DNA from: a virus
Taxonomy: Duplodnaviria > Heunggongvirae > Uroviricota > Caudoviricetes
Length of the DNA stretch: 28,897 bases
Strand: one strand, 5' to 3'
IMG/VR virus record: IMGVR_UViG_2778261084_000005
Coordinates: 1 to 28,897 of that record
In this document: one piece after another, positions 1-9,788 of the stretch
How positions within the stretch are numbered: position 1 is the first letter of the stretch
Layout of the letters: the number at the start of each line of letters is the position of its first letter
Program-made: the position numbers and the translations under genes
The notes under the pieces: model-generated
The model's input: only the letters and a program-made list of their open reading frames with translations
Databases searched by the model: none
Told to the model about the DNA's origin: nothing

Positions 1-1236
1 CTATGATAACCGCGCATTCAACATGGCTACCTGTTCGTCGTTCATGTCATCAATCCACATACCGTAAATTTCATACACCATCTGCGCAGTTTCATGCCCC
101 ATTTGGCTGGCTATAAATGCCGGGTTCGCTCCTGCCGTCAACAGCCAGCAGGCAAAAGTATGCCGCGTATGGTACGGATTACGGCGGCGAATACCAGCAC
201 GTTTTACTGCTGCATTCCACCTTGCCCCCAAACTGCTTACCGAGTAATAAGGTTTTTGTTTTCCGTTACACACCCTGGGCATGAAAACAAAATGCAGTTT
301 TTGCTTTTCGGTTCTGCCGTACTCCCGATGATAAAAGGTGATTTCGCTTTTGCGATGATGCCCGGTCAGTTTGTATTGCTCCTTCAGTGCTTCAAGAGCA
401 GGCTGCAGTAGTGTTACCGTCCGGATCCCCGCATTTGTTTTTGGGGGACCGAACATATCCAGTATCGTCAGGTTTCTTCTGACATTCACAACTCCCTTCT
501 CGAAATCCACATCCTCCCACGCCAGAGCAGCCAGTTCCCCGTGACGAAGCCCGGAGTATACGGCAAATTTCCACAAGTTCTGGCTCTGTCCTTTTTCACT
601 TTCCATTAATGCATTGAATTCTGTTTTAGATAACGGGTCAGGCTTTATTCTGTTTCTCTGTAATTTCTTTACTCCTTCAAATGGTTTGGTTGATATAAAT
701 CCCGACTGATACGCAAAACGTAACAACGAACAGAGCAGGGCGATATAGTTATCAACTGTGCGCACGGTTCTTCCTTTTTTGTTGGATCTTGGATTATCCA
801 GGTAAAGCGTTTCTCCATGCAGCAGTTCATTCCGGTAGTTTAAGATATCGCTATAACGAATATGCGATATCGGAGTACTCTCACAAATTATTATCCTGAG
901 TGTTTTTAATTGTGATTTCGTTTTCTTCATTGTGTTTGTTGTTAACTCTGTTTCTTTAATTTTTGTCCAGATATCACAAAGCTCCCCGAACGTTTTTATG
1001 ACCCTCGTTGTCACCATTTTTGCCCCAGTGCTGGACTGGGGAAAACGTCTTAAATACTCAAACTCACCGGAATTGATTTCATGAACTATCAACGCTCTTA
1101 AATTCCCGGCTTTTTTAATGTTACTGTTAGTAACCTCCCAGCCTTTCAATGTTTCCCGACATCGTTTTCCTCGAAACATGAACCAGATGCGAATGTATTT
1201 ACCTCGAATCTCGACACCTGTTGGTAATTTAGACAT
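1..1236 (-). CDS. intR: Phage integrase, tyrosine recombinase family (411 aa)
   Basis: Full-length ORF with stop at 1-3. Size, position at prophage end and C-terminal catalytic region (RHTFACWLL...YEIYGMW) fit lambda-type integrases; recalled as Rac IntR. Confidence 0.9.
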   Translation of the reverse strand: MSKLPTGVEIRGKYIRIWFMFRGKRCRETLKGWEVTNSNIKKAGNLRALIVHEINSGEFEYLRRFPQSSTGAKMVTTRVIKTFGELCDIWTKIKETELTTNTMKKTKSQLKTLRIIICESTPISHIRYSDILNYRNELLHGETLYLDNPRSNKKGRTVRTVDNYIALLCSLLRFAYQSGFISTKPFEGVKKLQRNRIKPDPLSKTEFNALMESEKGQSQNLWKFAVYSGLRHGELAALAWEDVDFEKGVVNVRRNLTILDMFGPPKTNAGIRTVTLLQPALEALKEQYKLTGHHRKSEITFYHREYGRTEKQKLHFVFMPRVCNGKQKPYYSVSSLGARWNAAVKRAGIRRRNPYHTRHTFACWLLTAGANPAFIASQMGHETAQMVYEIYGMWIDDMNDEQVAMLNARLS

Positions 1237-1237
1237 A

Positions 1238-1453
1238 TCATGAGTCTTTGATAAACTGATTTATCTTTGGATAGTTATACCAGATAATCCCTCGCTTACT
1301 GTCTGGCTTCCCTAAAGGAGATACTCGTTTGAAGTGGAAGCCTTCCACCCAACAGTTCTGGCGGTATGCTTCAATTTGTCTGGCCCCCAGACCAGTGCGA
1401 AGCATCAGGCCGTATTCAACCATCCACTCTTCATTAAAGATTACTTGTGCCAT
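1238..1453 (-). CDS. xisR: Excisionase-like protein (71 aa from internal Met MAQVIF...)
   Basis: Small ORF immediately upstream of int on the same strand. Start chosen at second Met to give 71 aa; the ORF track's first Met gives 79 aa. Confidence 0.65.
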   Translation of the reverse strand: MAQVIFNEEWMVEYGLMLRTGLGARQIEAYRQNCWVEGFHFKRVSPLGKPDSKRGIIWYNYPKINQFIKDS

Positions 1454-1552
1454 CGCATCACCTCTGGCAGGCGCCAATGTTAGACTTAAATTGACGCCCG
1501 ATGTTGATTATTAATAATCAGCTATGAAGTTTTAATTTGAATACAATGCAAT

Positions 1553-1753
1553 TCACGAGGACTGAAGTTTCTCGCAATTAAAATTTATCAGTTTTACTTT
1601 CTGCTCTCTGGAAACGCCTGCTTCTTTTTTACCTGAGAGCATTTTTTCGCATTCTGATTTCGTTAGTTTAGATTTTGAATATCTTGTCCAGTTAGTAGGA
1701 GTGCCACCTTCCTTTTCAATAGTGGCGGTAATTTTATACATGAACACCTCCAT
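1553..1753 (-). CDS. Small prophage protein, YdaC/RcbA-like; start ambiguous (1741, 1753 or 1813)
   Basis: 86-aa ORF in track; its 5' part overlaps the ralR frame, so an internal Met (MEVFMYK or MYKITA) is more likely the real start. Confidence 0.45.
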   Translation of the reverse strand: MEVFMYKITATIEKEGGTPTNWTRYSKSKLTKSECEKMLSGKKEAGVSREQKVKLINFNCEKLQSS

Positions 1754-1928
1754 TATTATTTCCAGTGGTTCGTTTATTTCATCGTTCGAGTGCTTCTTTT
1801 TCACTTCCACCATAACCGGTTCGGGATTCGCATCCGTTACACTTCGCTCGGTAATATCCTGAAATGGCTTTCACCGTTACTGATGGACAACCACAAAATG
1901 GACATGGTTTAACATTGTCATATCTCAT
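1734..1928 (-). pseudogene. ralR: Lar/RalR-family restriction-alleviation/toxin gene interrupted by in-frame TGA at codon 50
   Basis: Own translation from ATG at 1928: MRYDNVKPCPFCGCPSVTVKAISGYYRAKCNGCESRTGYGGSEKEALER, then TGA at 1779-1781, then 14 in-frame codons NKRTTGNNNGGVHV to TAA at 1734-1736. Recalled intact RalR is 64 aa with Trp at this position. Confidence 0.6.
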
Positions 1929-1983
1929 AATTTTTCTCATAAAAATATTTCAAGTTGGCGGTGCATTACACCGCCAGGCTGAA

Positions 1984-2793
1984 TTATTCCTCTGAATTAT
2001 CGATTACACTGTATTCCCCGGTTAATACAGAGGAATCTGCAGGATCGATTGTCAGTGGTTCCTTTTCATCCATTGATACTGCACGCTGGATCTCAATTGA
2101 TACGGGCAGATATTTGAACAGGCGACGAATAGCCGTTTTCTTTGCCATTTCTTCCCAGTGAGTTACCCACGGCCCGTTATTACCAGCTTTACTCTGGCTG
2201 CGCACCAGCTCAATCTGTTTGCGCGTCATAACTTCAAACTGAGTACCTCCGTCTTTCAGTCTTGCGACAGCATAGACGTGGGTAACAGGGGCATCTTCGT
2301 TTTCTCCTGGGCGGTGTATTAACTTTTCATCAAGGCCAAATTCGAAATTAAACTCGTCACCTTCACGGACAACACGGGCTGACAAGCTGGCGATTTGACC
2401 TGAACGGCGAGCCAGATCAATCATGCCGCGATAGCCAATGATTAGCTGAACGTTTTTTTTACCGCTCTTTTCGTTTTTATTACCAAAAGGCAGTAAATAT
2501 GCATGACCGAGGGCGCTACCGGGCTCAAGTCCGAGCTGTGAACACTGTACGATTGCACTGACAAAACTCATAGTGTCACAGTTTCCTAACGCCGGAACTT
2601 TACGAATTTCTGTGGTGGCGATACGGATCATACGTTCAGCCGTCATATGGCGTGGAAGAGCTGCTGCCAGTTGCTCTTTCATTGATGGCTGGTTAATAAA
2701 ACTAATCACGTCGTTATTTTTAATTGCTGCTGGTGCACGGTTTCCCTGAGTTTTTTGCAGATCGGCTTTTGCGATTGGTGGTTGCTTAGTCAT
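1984..2793 (-). CDS. recT: RecT single-strand annealing recombinase (269 aa from [14 protein letters not shown])
   Basis: Translation matches recalled E. coli RecT essentially along its length; the track ORF extends 19 codons upstream of the likely start. Confidence 0.95.
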   Translation of the reverse strand: MTKQPPIAKADLQKTQGNRAPAAIKNNDVISFINQPSMKEQLAAALPRHMTAERMIRIATTEIRKVPALGNCDTMSFVSAIVQCSQLGLEPGSALGHAYLLPFGNKNEKSGKKNVQLIIGYRGMIDLARRSGQIASLSARVVREGDEFNFEFGLDEKLIHRPGENEDAPVTHVYAVARLKDGGTQFEVMTRKQIELVRSQSKAGNNGPWVTHWEEMAKKTAIRRLFKYLPVSIEIQRAVSMDEKEPLTIDPADSSVLTGEYSVIDNSEE

Positions 2794-5386
2794 TTGCATA
2801 TTCCTTAGCCCAGCGGGGCAGTGATAACGTCTTAATAGCTGGCCATTCATCGGTATTGAGGCAGTCAGCCAGGGTTCGCAGATTGCGGTGATATTCCAGC
2901 TGACCTGCCAGTTTTGCTTCTTCGCCCATCATGAAAATTTCAACCGGATAACGTCCGCATTCAATAGTTGTGCTGGCAACCAGAAAAACGAAAGTTGGCT
3001 GCACTCCAAACTGTGCTTCATAACCGTCACTGTAGAATGCATCCTGAACGTGATAGCGGTAGTCGTAATAAGCGGTTTTGAATCGTTGAATATCCGCCGT
3101 AGTTTTCACGTCCATGATCCAGTGAAATTCAGGGATAATTTTGTCCGGACGGCACCGACACAAAATTGCTGTTTCAGGATCTTCCCAGTAAATTGATGAT
3201 TCAGCGTGTCCGGCGCTTTCAACAAGCCATTGCCCCAGCGGCAAAGCCATAACGCTCTGATACATGAGTTCAATTTTCCGGCCTTCTTCGGCAGTGATAA
3301 CCGTTTTTCCTGTGCTTGCGCATTCCCTCAGAAACGCTTTCTCTTCTTCTTTTCCGGAGTTTGTCCGGCGGTTAAATTCAGGTGCTACGATAAAGCGGTT
3401 ACTGAATTCTTCCGGCTCAAGTACCCGGCAGTGGAAAGCGGTTCCTAAATCGAGCGTTTTTGTCTTTGTGGTGTCCACGGGGGCATTTTTACGCCACAAA
3501 TACAGTGCCGGAGTATCAGCAATGTCATCGAGCTGAGACTTACTGACACCGGGACCCGCGTGGTAATTCTCATTCGAAATTCCGTAATAAATACCTGGCT
3601 CTATGTCTTCTACGATTACGGGATCTGCGACTTCGCCAGTTTCATCACTGCAATCGCGATGCGGATCGCTGCCAGCATTCTCATTGTGCGGATGTTCAGC
3701 GCCTTCCATTTCCTCCGGATCATTTTCCTTAGCTTCAACCTGACTCTCTTCATCGAATGTTTCCTGGTATGTTGCGTCGCCCATCACCGCACCACAGTCA
3801 GGGCAGTTATCCCCGCCAGTCTGGCCGCAGGCATTGCAGGCTATTTCCGGTTCCTGTTGCACTACTGGCTCAGGTTGATTCATATCCGGGCTGGTTTTTT
3901 CCGTTTCTGGCTGGTTCTGGTACACACAATCGCGAGTCTGGATCCCCTTTACCCATTTCGGATCGTTCGGGTCGCTAATTCCGTCAACAAATTCACCACG
4001 TGATGCAGCAAGCAATTTATCGGCATCGACAGGATTTTTTGATGGAATGTTTTTCCGGGCTTCATGGAGTTCTGCCCGCAGTTCCTGATATTTCGCATCA
4101 ACAGAATTTACCTGTGACTGAGCATCCAGCGGCTGCGTGTCCTGATGATGTTCAGTTGCGTCCGGTTCCATTGTTTCAGCCTCTCCCTGTTCAACTGCCG
4201 TTGTTCCAGATGGTTGCGGTTTTTCTTCATCATCCTGTTTTCCTTCTTCTGTTACTCGCTGCGGCATCGGGGCAGAGGAGCGACCGCAGGCAATATCCAC
4301 GATTTCCGGATCAGGGTTGGCATGATCGGTTTCAGTCAGTACTTTGTTCAGATATTCAGTGACGTGCGCGGGGATGACCTCGATCCCAATTGGTGCTTCT
4401 TTTACGGACGCAACCACGATGGCGCGGGAATAATCCAGCCCGCCAGGCATGGTGATGAATTTGTCGCGGAAAACAGAAAAGGGCGGTTTATTTTCAGCGA
4501 TAATTTCCTCAATGCGTTTAGCGTGTGCCGGATGAAGGTTATAGATGTCCAGATCCATTGAACGGGCCAGTACGCCAGTGGCTACGTCGTGCGCCAGTGA
4601 CGTCAGATCGTGTACGAAACCTTCGCCGCGATCGGTGAGGTTTCCGCCGCCAGCATTAGCACCGGAAGCCGTGCGAGTGATGTGTGAAACACGATTACCC
4701 TTCATCCACTCTTTTGTCAGCAGTCCTCGATCGGTGTAGTCAGCGTTCAGGTATGCTTCGAAAAAAGCAGTTATCAGTCCCAGGTTTGAATTACCAGGAT
4801 TAGGGAAAACTTTGTCAGTGTCACGAACCAGTTTGTGGAGTTCGCGAATTTCCAGCGGGTCGAGCAGGCTGGTTTTGTGGGAAACAGCCAGGGCAGTAAC
4901 AGCCGGTAGTTCTTCAGCCCGAGCAATGTGTAATGCCTGGAGTCCGTCGCGTGAAACGTGCGTTACCGGTTTTTCGCTGCCGTGTTGAGCAAGCCAACGA
5001 ATGGGCAGTTCCTGGCCAGAAATTGGGAGTAGCATATTCTCCTCAATCTCAGTCATGTCTTCGCCGTTGACGTTGGTATTGCCTTGATAGTGAGCGTTGT
5101 CTGGTGCTGCTCCCGGTTTTAGTTCCCATGTCATGGAGTCTTTGCTGAGTTGATAGCGTTCACTCCAGGTAAAATCGATCTCACCTTCAGCGGGCAGGTC
5201 ATTAACGACAGGAAAATTCGTGGCAACAGCTTTAAAATAGCTGCTCAGTTTTTTACCTGACTTAACGATCAGGTAGTCCAGAGTGGCACAGGTCGATTCA
5301 AAATCGTTGCTTGCCCACAGGACGACGTCAGGTTCACCGGATGATTTTTTCGCTTTCCGTAACAGGAAGAGTGGTTTTGTGCTCAT
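2786..5386 (-). CDS. recE: RecE exonuclease VIII (866 aa)
   Basis: 866-aa ORF directly upstream of and overlapping recT by 8 nt; sequence matches recalled RecE. Confidence 0.95.
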   Translation of the reverse strand: MSTKPLFLLRKAKKSSGEPDVVLWASNDFESTCATLDYLIVKSGKKLSSYFKAVATNFPVVNDLPAEGEIDFTWSERYQLSKDSMTWELKPGAAPDNAHYQGNTNVNGEDMTEIEENMLLPISGQELPIRWLAQHGSEKPVTHVSRDGLQALHIARAEELPAVTALAVSHKTSLLDPLEIRELHKLVRDTDKVFPNPGNSNLGLITAFFEAYLNADYTDRGLLTKEWMKGNRVSHITRTASGANAGGGNLTDRGEGFVHDLTSLAHDVATGVLARSMDLDIYNLHPAHAKRIEEIIAENKPPFSVFRDKFITMPGGLDYSRAIVVASVKEAPIGIEVIPAHVTEYLNKVLTETDHANPDPEIVDIACGRSSAPMPQRVTEEGKQDDEEKPQPSGTTAVEQGEAETMEPDATEHHQDTQPLDAQSQVNSVDAKYQELRAELHEARKNIPSKNPVDADKLLAASRGEFVDGISDPNDPKWVKGIQTRDCVYQNQPETEKTSPDMNQPEPVVQQEPEIACNACGQTGGDNCPDCGAVMGDATYQETFDEESQVEAKENDPEEMEGAEHPHNENAGSDPHRDCSDETGEVADPVIVEDIEPGIYYGISNENYHAGPGVSKSQLDDIADTPALYLWRKNAPVDTTKTKTLDLGTAFHCRVLEPEEFSNRFIVAPEFNRRTNSGKEEEKAFLRECASTGKTVITAEEGRKIELMYQSVMALPLGQWLVESAGHAESSIYWEDPETAILCRCRPDKIIPEFHWIMDVKTTADIQRFKTAYYDYRYHVQDAFYSDGYEAQFGVQPTFVFLVASTTIECGRYPVEIFMMGEEAKLAGQLEYHRNLRTLADCLNTDEWPAIKTLSLPRWAKEYAND

Positions 5387-5487
5387 TGTTTTTTAACCTC
5401 AACTCAGATTAAAATTCGTTTTGTTCAGTGAATGATCTTGCCGGATACACACTGTTCATAGCCTGCGCCATACGCAGGCTATTTCTT

Positions 5488-5763
5488 TCAGATTTCACCT
5501 TTTAATTTCATTGCAATTAGAGTTGCCAGAAATTCGGCTTTTTTTTCTGTGGGCAGATTCTTTCCGATATGCACCAGGCACATTTTTTTGACACCTTCAT
5601 CAAGTGTTTTTACGTTGCCTGATGGACCATCGATATCAACCACAGTGAATGGGGTTTCTTTATTTTCTGTTTTAATTACGTAGCCAATGCGCTTTCCTTC
5701 CAGATTCACCTCGTGAACAATGTCATCGGTAGTTACAACAGTGGCTTCATAATTGGTAATCAT
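5488..5763 (-). CDS. racC: RacC-like protein (91 aa from MITNYEATVV)
   Basis: Length and position upstream of recE match Rac racC; internal Met chosen to give 91 aa. Confidence 0.75.
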   Translation of the reverse strand: MITNYEATVVTTDDIVHEVNLEGKRIGYVIKTENKETPFTVVDIDGPSGNVKTLDEGVKKMCLVHIGKNLPTEKKAEFLATLIAMKLKGEI

Positions 5764-5837
5764 GTTTTTCTCCTTAATTAAGGTTGAGCGAATACCTGCC
5801 ATTTCTGGCATAAATTCAGTTTCGAATAGTCAATTAA

Positions 5838-6008
5838 TTAAAGTTCATGTGCCATCTGGTCTTTTTCGGCACAAGCTTCACTGCAATATTTTCTCGGTTC
5901 GTCTTTTGATAAAATCCCGTGCATGAAGTGAAGCATTCTTTCAATAGCTTTGCTTTCTTCAACGTCTTTTTTGCAAAGGTGGTAAGCACATTTTATTTTC
6001 TTAGTCAT
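5838..6008 (-). CDS. ydaE: Small cysteine/histidine-rich protein (56 aa)
   Basis: Own translation: [56 protein letters not shown]. Its ATG overlaps the kilR stop (ATGA). Below the ORF-track length cutoff. Confidence 0.65.
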   Translation of the reverse strand: MTKKIKCAYHLCKKDVEESKAIERMLHFMHGILSKDEPRKYCSEACAEKDQMAHEL

Positions 6009-6229
6009 CACCATGACTCCGCCTTTACAGGTAAACCATCACGACCGAGGAAGACTTTAATCATGCGGTCAGTAATGCATGTTTTTGTGGTCAGGTTACG
6101 AATATATAGTTTTCGCTTTTTAATATTGTTTGCCGAGGCAATATATGTCCGGCCTTCATGAAGAACATAATCGCCAGGAGTCACACACTGACGTGGTATT
6201 TCATCAGTTCCGAAGTGATGTGCAATCAT
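6008..6229 (-). CDS. kilR: KilR cell-division inhibitor (73 aa from [10 protein letters not shown])
   Basis: Translation matches recalled Rac KilR; start at internal Met of the 77-aa track ORF. Confidence 0.85.
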   Translation of the reverse strand: MIAHHFGTDEIPRQCVTPGDYVLHEGRTYIASANNIKKRKLYIRNLTTKTCITDRMIKVFLGRDGLPVKAESW

Positions 6230-6670
6230 AATTATCTCCATTTTTACAAATGAACTTTGTTGATGCGGTGCCTGGTGCCTCCAGGTGACTGCAACCAGTT
6301 AACAATTACAGTCGGCTTTCCCACCCAAACCAATAAGGACTAACATGACTTTTAACTGTGCCACGTGCGCTTAGCCGCATTCACCGCATCACAAAATTCA
6401 CTTTAAAAAGGGCGGACATCAGCCGAACTTCAAGAAAAAAACTGATGCCGCCAGGACTACACACAGCAATGTCGTTATTTACAACCGGAGGCGCACTCCC
6501 ACCATTTAAATTTAACAGACAAGACCGACTCTTTATGGATATCGGAAATGCGCCTTCGTGTTGTGCCCGGTTTTATTTCACCACCTCCGGGCTTCGGTGG
6601 TCTCGGCTATACCCCTACAGCGAGAGCTTGTGTTAACATTTCAATACCCTTACAGTTGAGAGTTATTGAT

Positions 6671-7159
6671 ATGTTGGATGTATTTACTCCATTGTTGAAA
6701 CTTTTTGCTAACGAGCCACTCGAAAGACTTATGTATACGATTATCATTTTTGGTCTCACTCTCTGGCTGATACCGAAAGAGTTTACTGTCGCATTCAATG
6801 CTTATACTGAAATACCTTGGCTCTTTCAGATTATCGTTTTTGCCTTTTCTTTCGTGGTCGCCATTTCCTTCTCAAGATTGCGAGCACATATTCAAAAGCA
6901 TTATTCATTACTACCAGAGCAACGAGTATTGCTTCGTTTATCTGAGAAAGAAATCGCTGTATTTAAAGATTTCCTTAAAACAGGAAATCTTATTATCACT
7001 TCTCCTTGCCGTAACCCGGTTATGAAAAAATTAGAACGGAAGGGCATCATTCAACATCAGAGTGATAGCGCAAACTGTTCTTATTATCTCGTCACCGAAA
7101 AATACTCCCATTTTATGAAGTTATTCTGGAACAGCAGGAGTAGACGTTTTAATCGTTAG
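6671..7159 (+). CDS. sieB: SieB superinfection exclusion protein (162 aa), membrane protein
   Basis: Start at Met42 (MLDVFTPLLK) of the track ORF, ATG at 6671. Hydrophobic N-terminal helices; matches recalled SieB. Confidence 0.85.
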   Translation: MLDVFTPLLKLFANEPLERLMYTIIIFGLTLWLIPKEFTVAFNAYTEIPWLFQIIVFAFSFVVAISFSRLRAHIQKHYSLLPEQRVLLRLSEKEIAVFKDFLKTGNLIITSPCRNPVMKKLERKGIIQHQSDSANCSYYLVTEKYSHFMKLFWNSRSRRFNR

Positions 7160-7311
7160 CTTACTGTGTGCTTCTCCAACCATCGGCGCGCACCAGTTTC
7201 GGTTTTAAATGTTTTGCTTTTGGTATACGTCATGGCAGTGAACGTTCCATCCTGGTTGGGGAACACGCCGCACACCAGGGATTCGTTGTTGCCGAGGTCG
7301 ATTTTTTGCAT
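7156..7311 (-). CDS. ydaF: Small prophage protein (51 aa)
   Basis: Own translation MQKIDLGNNESLVCGVFPNQDGTFTAMTYTKSKTFKTETGARRWLEKHTVS. Convergent with sieB, overlapping by 4 nt. Symbol from size and position only. Confidence 0.5.
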   Translation of the reverse strand: MQKIDLGNNESLVCGVFPNQDGTFTAMTYTKSKTFKTETGARRWLEKHTVS

Positions 7312-7321
7312 TTTGCGAATC

Positions 7322-7456
7322 TCACATCTTGTTGCTACGTATAGCGACTTCTGCCTGCCAGAGATCCCAGTCGTTGCTGCGTAAAGCCTGCACAGCCTGG
7401 TTGTAAGTGATACCGCAACAATCCATCAAATACTGAACTACTTCGTAATGCACCAT
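7322..7456 (-). CDS. ydaG: Small prophage protein (44 aa)
   Basis: Own translation MVHYEVVQYLMDCCGITYNQAVQALRSNDWDLWQAEVAIRSNKM. Symbol from size and position only. Confidence 0.5.
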   Translation of the reverse strand: MVHYEVVQYLMDCCGITYNQAVQALRSNDWDLWQAEVAIRSNKM

Positions 7457-7743
7457 CTTATCTATCCCCTTAACGCCGGGTGGCGGAACTAACTGCTGCA
7501 CTGCAAAATTTGAATCCCGCCGTCATGTTCATACGCCTCGGGCTGGCTACTTAACCCCTGACCACTGCCTGGTAACTCGAAGTATTGCCCGGCGTTCTGT
7601 GGGGCGGGGTGGGTTGGTAGGTATATAATGTACTTTGTGTTCATCATTGTAAAGTACTTTAAGTACATTTTATGTATAAAAAAATGAGACGGGATAAAGT
7701 GAAGCACAAACCCGGAGGGGGACGCTACCGGATTTATGCTGGT

Positions 7744-8163
7744 TTAAGAGGCTTTTTGTTTTTTCTTTCGTGCTAACTCTTCGTAAATTGCATTGTACTT
7801 CTGTTTTTTCTCCTCAAGAGTTTTTAAAAGTTCATCTGTCTCACTGTCAGGGAGCTCGTCCAGAAGGTCAATGATGATTTTTTGTCTTGGATTTAACTCC
7901 TGATAGAAACGTATCTGTCCACTTTCTTCTGTATCCTCTCCCAAAAGATAGGTTGGTGTTGTTCCAATGAGTGTTGCTAATTCCCTTAATTTCTCTCGGC
8001 GAGGAATTGTTTCACCATTAAACCATTTGCTAACCGCTTTTGGTGTTAATTTCATTCGACGGGCAATTTCTGCCTGCCTTCCATGTTGTTCATAACCAGC
8101 GTTTTCACAGGCTAGCGCAAGCCTACTGGCGAACTCTTTACGCGCTTTATCTTCATGAACCAT
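7744..8163 (-). CDS. racR: Prophage repressor, XRE-type helix-turn-helix (139 aa)
   Basis: HTH-like segment (GRQAEIARRMKLTPKAVSKWFNG); divergently arranged with a cro-like gene, as for cI-type repressors. Confidence 0.8.
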   Translation of the reverse strand: MVHEDKARKEFASRLALACENAGYEQHGRQAEIARRMKLTPKAVSKWFNGETIPRREKLRELATLIGTTPTYLLGEDTEESGQIRFYQELNPRQKIIIDLLDELPDSETDELLKTLEEKKQKYNAIYEELARKKKQKAS

Positions 8164-8242
8164 AAGTTCAATGATATTCGCTCTTGAATGTACTGTCAGT
8201 TCTGTTATAGCATGTACTCAAAGTTCACATTGTGAGGGTGAT

Positions 8243-8497
8243 ATGAACCAGAAAACACTTGAAGATGTAATCAAAACTGTTCGCGTTTCTGTTGTGGCCG
8301 ACGTTTGTGGTGTCAGCCAAAGAGCAATCTACAAATGGATGGATAACGGAAAATTGCCTCGCACAGAATATACCGGCGAAACAAATTACGCTGAAAAAAT
8401 CGCTCATGCATCAAACGGATTATTTTCTGCCGATGCAATTTTAACTATTGGCAGAAATAAAACTACTACGAAAAAGCTGATGGGAGTTGATTCATGA
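8243..8497 (+). CDS. ydaS: Cro/YdaS-like small DNA-binding protein (start ambiguous: 8171 or 8243)
   Basis: ATG at 8243 is preceded by a GAGGG ribosome-binding site and leaves room for a divergent promoter shared with racR. Confidence 0.7.
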   Translation: MNQKTLEDVIKTVRVSVVADVCGVSQRAIYKWMDNGKLPRTEYTGETNYAEKIAHASNGLFSADAILTIGRNKTTTKKLMGVDS

Positions 8498-8916
8498 AAA
8501 TCAAGCATGAGCACATCGAATCAGTGTTGTTAGCCCTGGCAGCCGAAAAAGGGCAGGCGTGGGTCGCTAACGCAATTACTGAAGAATATCTGCGCCAGGG
8601 GGGCGGCGAATTGCCCCTGGTACCAGGCAAGGACTGGAACAATCAGCAGAATATCTATCATCGTTGGTTGAAAGGTGAAACGAATGCGCAAAGGGAAAAA
8701 ATTCAGAAACTGATCCCTGCGGTTCTGGCAATTCTTCCTCGCGAGCTGCGTCACCGACTCTGCATCTTCGATACCCTGGAACGCCGTGCATTACTGGCGG
8801 CACAGGATGCACTGAGTACGGCAATTGATGCGCATGATGATGCAGTCCAGGCCGTTTACCGTAAAGCACATTTCAGCGGCGGCGGTTCTCCTAGCGATTC
8901 TGTCGTAGTGCATTGA
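8494..8916 (+). CDS. ydaT: YdaT-like protein (140 aa)
   Basis: ATGA overlap with ydaS stop at 8494-8497; conserved position after the cro-like gene. Confidence 0.8.
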   Translation: MKIKHEHIESVLLALAAEKGQAWVANAITEEYLRQGGGELPLVPGKDWNNQQNIYHRWLKGETNAQREKIQKLIPAVLAILPRELRHRLCIFDTLERRALLAAQDALSTAIDAHDDAVQAVYRKAHFSGGGSPSDSVVVH

Positions 8917-8929
8917 TTGAAATTAATCG

Positions 8930-8951
8930 TACCGAACTGTTTTGTTCGGTA
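8930..8951 (+). other. Perfect 8-bp inverted repeat hairpin (TACCGAAC-TGTTTT-GTTCGGTA) just after ydaT
   Basis: Read directly from sequence; no clear U-tract, so possibly an attenuator or protein binding site rather than a terminator. Confidence 0.35.
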
Positions 8952-8960
8952 TCAGTTAAA

Positions 8961-8981
8961 TGTAACGCTGCGAGCGTTACA
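8961..8981. repeat. Palindrome TGTAACGCTGCGAGCGTTACA, copy 1, 13 bp upstream of ydaU start
   Basis: Perfect 9-bp arms; same family as copies at 9153 and 9360. Confidence 0.6.
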
Positions 8982-8993
8982 AGGTGAAAACAA

Positions 8994-9782
8994 ATGGCTT
9001 CAAACTGGATAAAGCTCGAAGTTATTACGCCGGATAAGCCGGAAATATTCAGGCTTGCTGAGATTCTGAATATTGATCCAGATGCCGCATTAGGGAAAGT
9101 CATTCGCTTCTGGGCATGGGCGGATCAACAAATGATAGACGGTAACGCAGAGTGTAACGCTCGCGGCGTTACAAAAAGTGCAATAGATCGCATCACTTTT
9201 ATGGCTGGTTTTGCTGATGCGTTAATTCAGGTTGGATGGCTGGTCGAAACTAATGGTGTGTTGTCGCTTCCTAACTTTGAGCGCCATAACGGGAAAAGCT
9301 CTAAAAAACGGGCGGTTACAAACGAGAGAGTAACAAAAATACGAGAACTGAAACGAAAAGGTAACGCTGCCAGCGTTACAAAAACGGATCAAAAAGCGTT
9401 ACCAGAGGAAGAGAAAGAGGAAGATATAAATACTTATCTCCCCCTAAATCCCCCTCGCCAAAAACGAGCGTCTAAAAAATTCGAACCGGAGGCTATCGAG
9501 CTGCCTGACTGGTTGCCGGAAACACTCTGGCATGAGTGGGTTCAGTTCAGGCAGGCATTGCGAAAACCGATTCGAACGGAGCAGGGCGCTAACGGGGCGA
9601 TACGGGAGCTGGAAAAATTCCGCCAGCAGGGTTTTTCACCTGAGCAGGTGATTCGACACAGCATCGCCAACGAATACCAGGGCTTGTTCGCGCCGAAAGG
9701 TGTTCGACCTGAGACGTTACTCCGACAGGTTAACACCGTCTCGTTACCGGATAGTGCGATCCCGCCAGGCTTCAGGGGGTAA
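8994..9782 (+). CDS. ydaU: Replication initiator/organiser-like protein (262 aa), lambda O analogue
   Basis: Directly precedes a DnaC-like loader; contains internal iteron-like DNA repeats followed by an AT/purine-rich stretch. Confidence 0.7.
   Translation: MASNWIKLEVITPDKPEIFRLAEILNIDPDAALGKVIRFWAWADQQMIDGNAECNARGVTKSAIDRITFMAGFADALIQVGWLVETNGVLSLPNFERHNGKSSKKRAVTNERVTKIRELKRKGNAASVTKTDQKALPEEEKEEDINTYLPLNPPRQKRASKKFEPEAIELPDWLPETLWHEWVQFRQALRKPIRTEQGANGAIRELEKFRQQGFSPEQVIRHSIANEYQGLFAPKGVRPETLLRQVNTVSLPDSAIPPGFRG
9153..9173. repeat. Palindrome TGTAACGC-TCGCG-GCGTTACA, copy 2, inside ydaU
   Basis: 8-bp perfect arms; an additional half-site GGTAACGC lies at 9141-9148. Confidence 0.6.
9360..9380. 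repeat. Palindrome GGTAACGCTGCCAGCGTTACA, copy 3, inside ydaU
   Basis: 9-bp perfect arms; half-sites GTTACAAA / GTAACAAAAA also occur in 9311-9340. Confidence 0.6.
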
Positions 9783-9788
9783 CTGACC

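Noticed and set aside
2888-4739. Series of plus-strand ORFs (102-147 aa) across the recE region
   Set aside because: All lie antisense to the well-supported recE reading frame; no ribosome-binding sites or family features; treated as shadow ORFs.
6358-6636. 92-aa plus-strand ORF in the kilR-sieB intergenic region
   Set aside because: No ribosome-binding site, runs into the sieB upstream region in another frame; more likely regulatory DNA. An imperfect inverted repeat near 6411-6460 was also noted but not called.
7489-7707. 72-aa minus-strand ORF between ydaG and racR
   Set aside because: Overlaps the GTACT repeat cluster and has no start context; probably a regulatory region.
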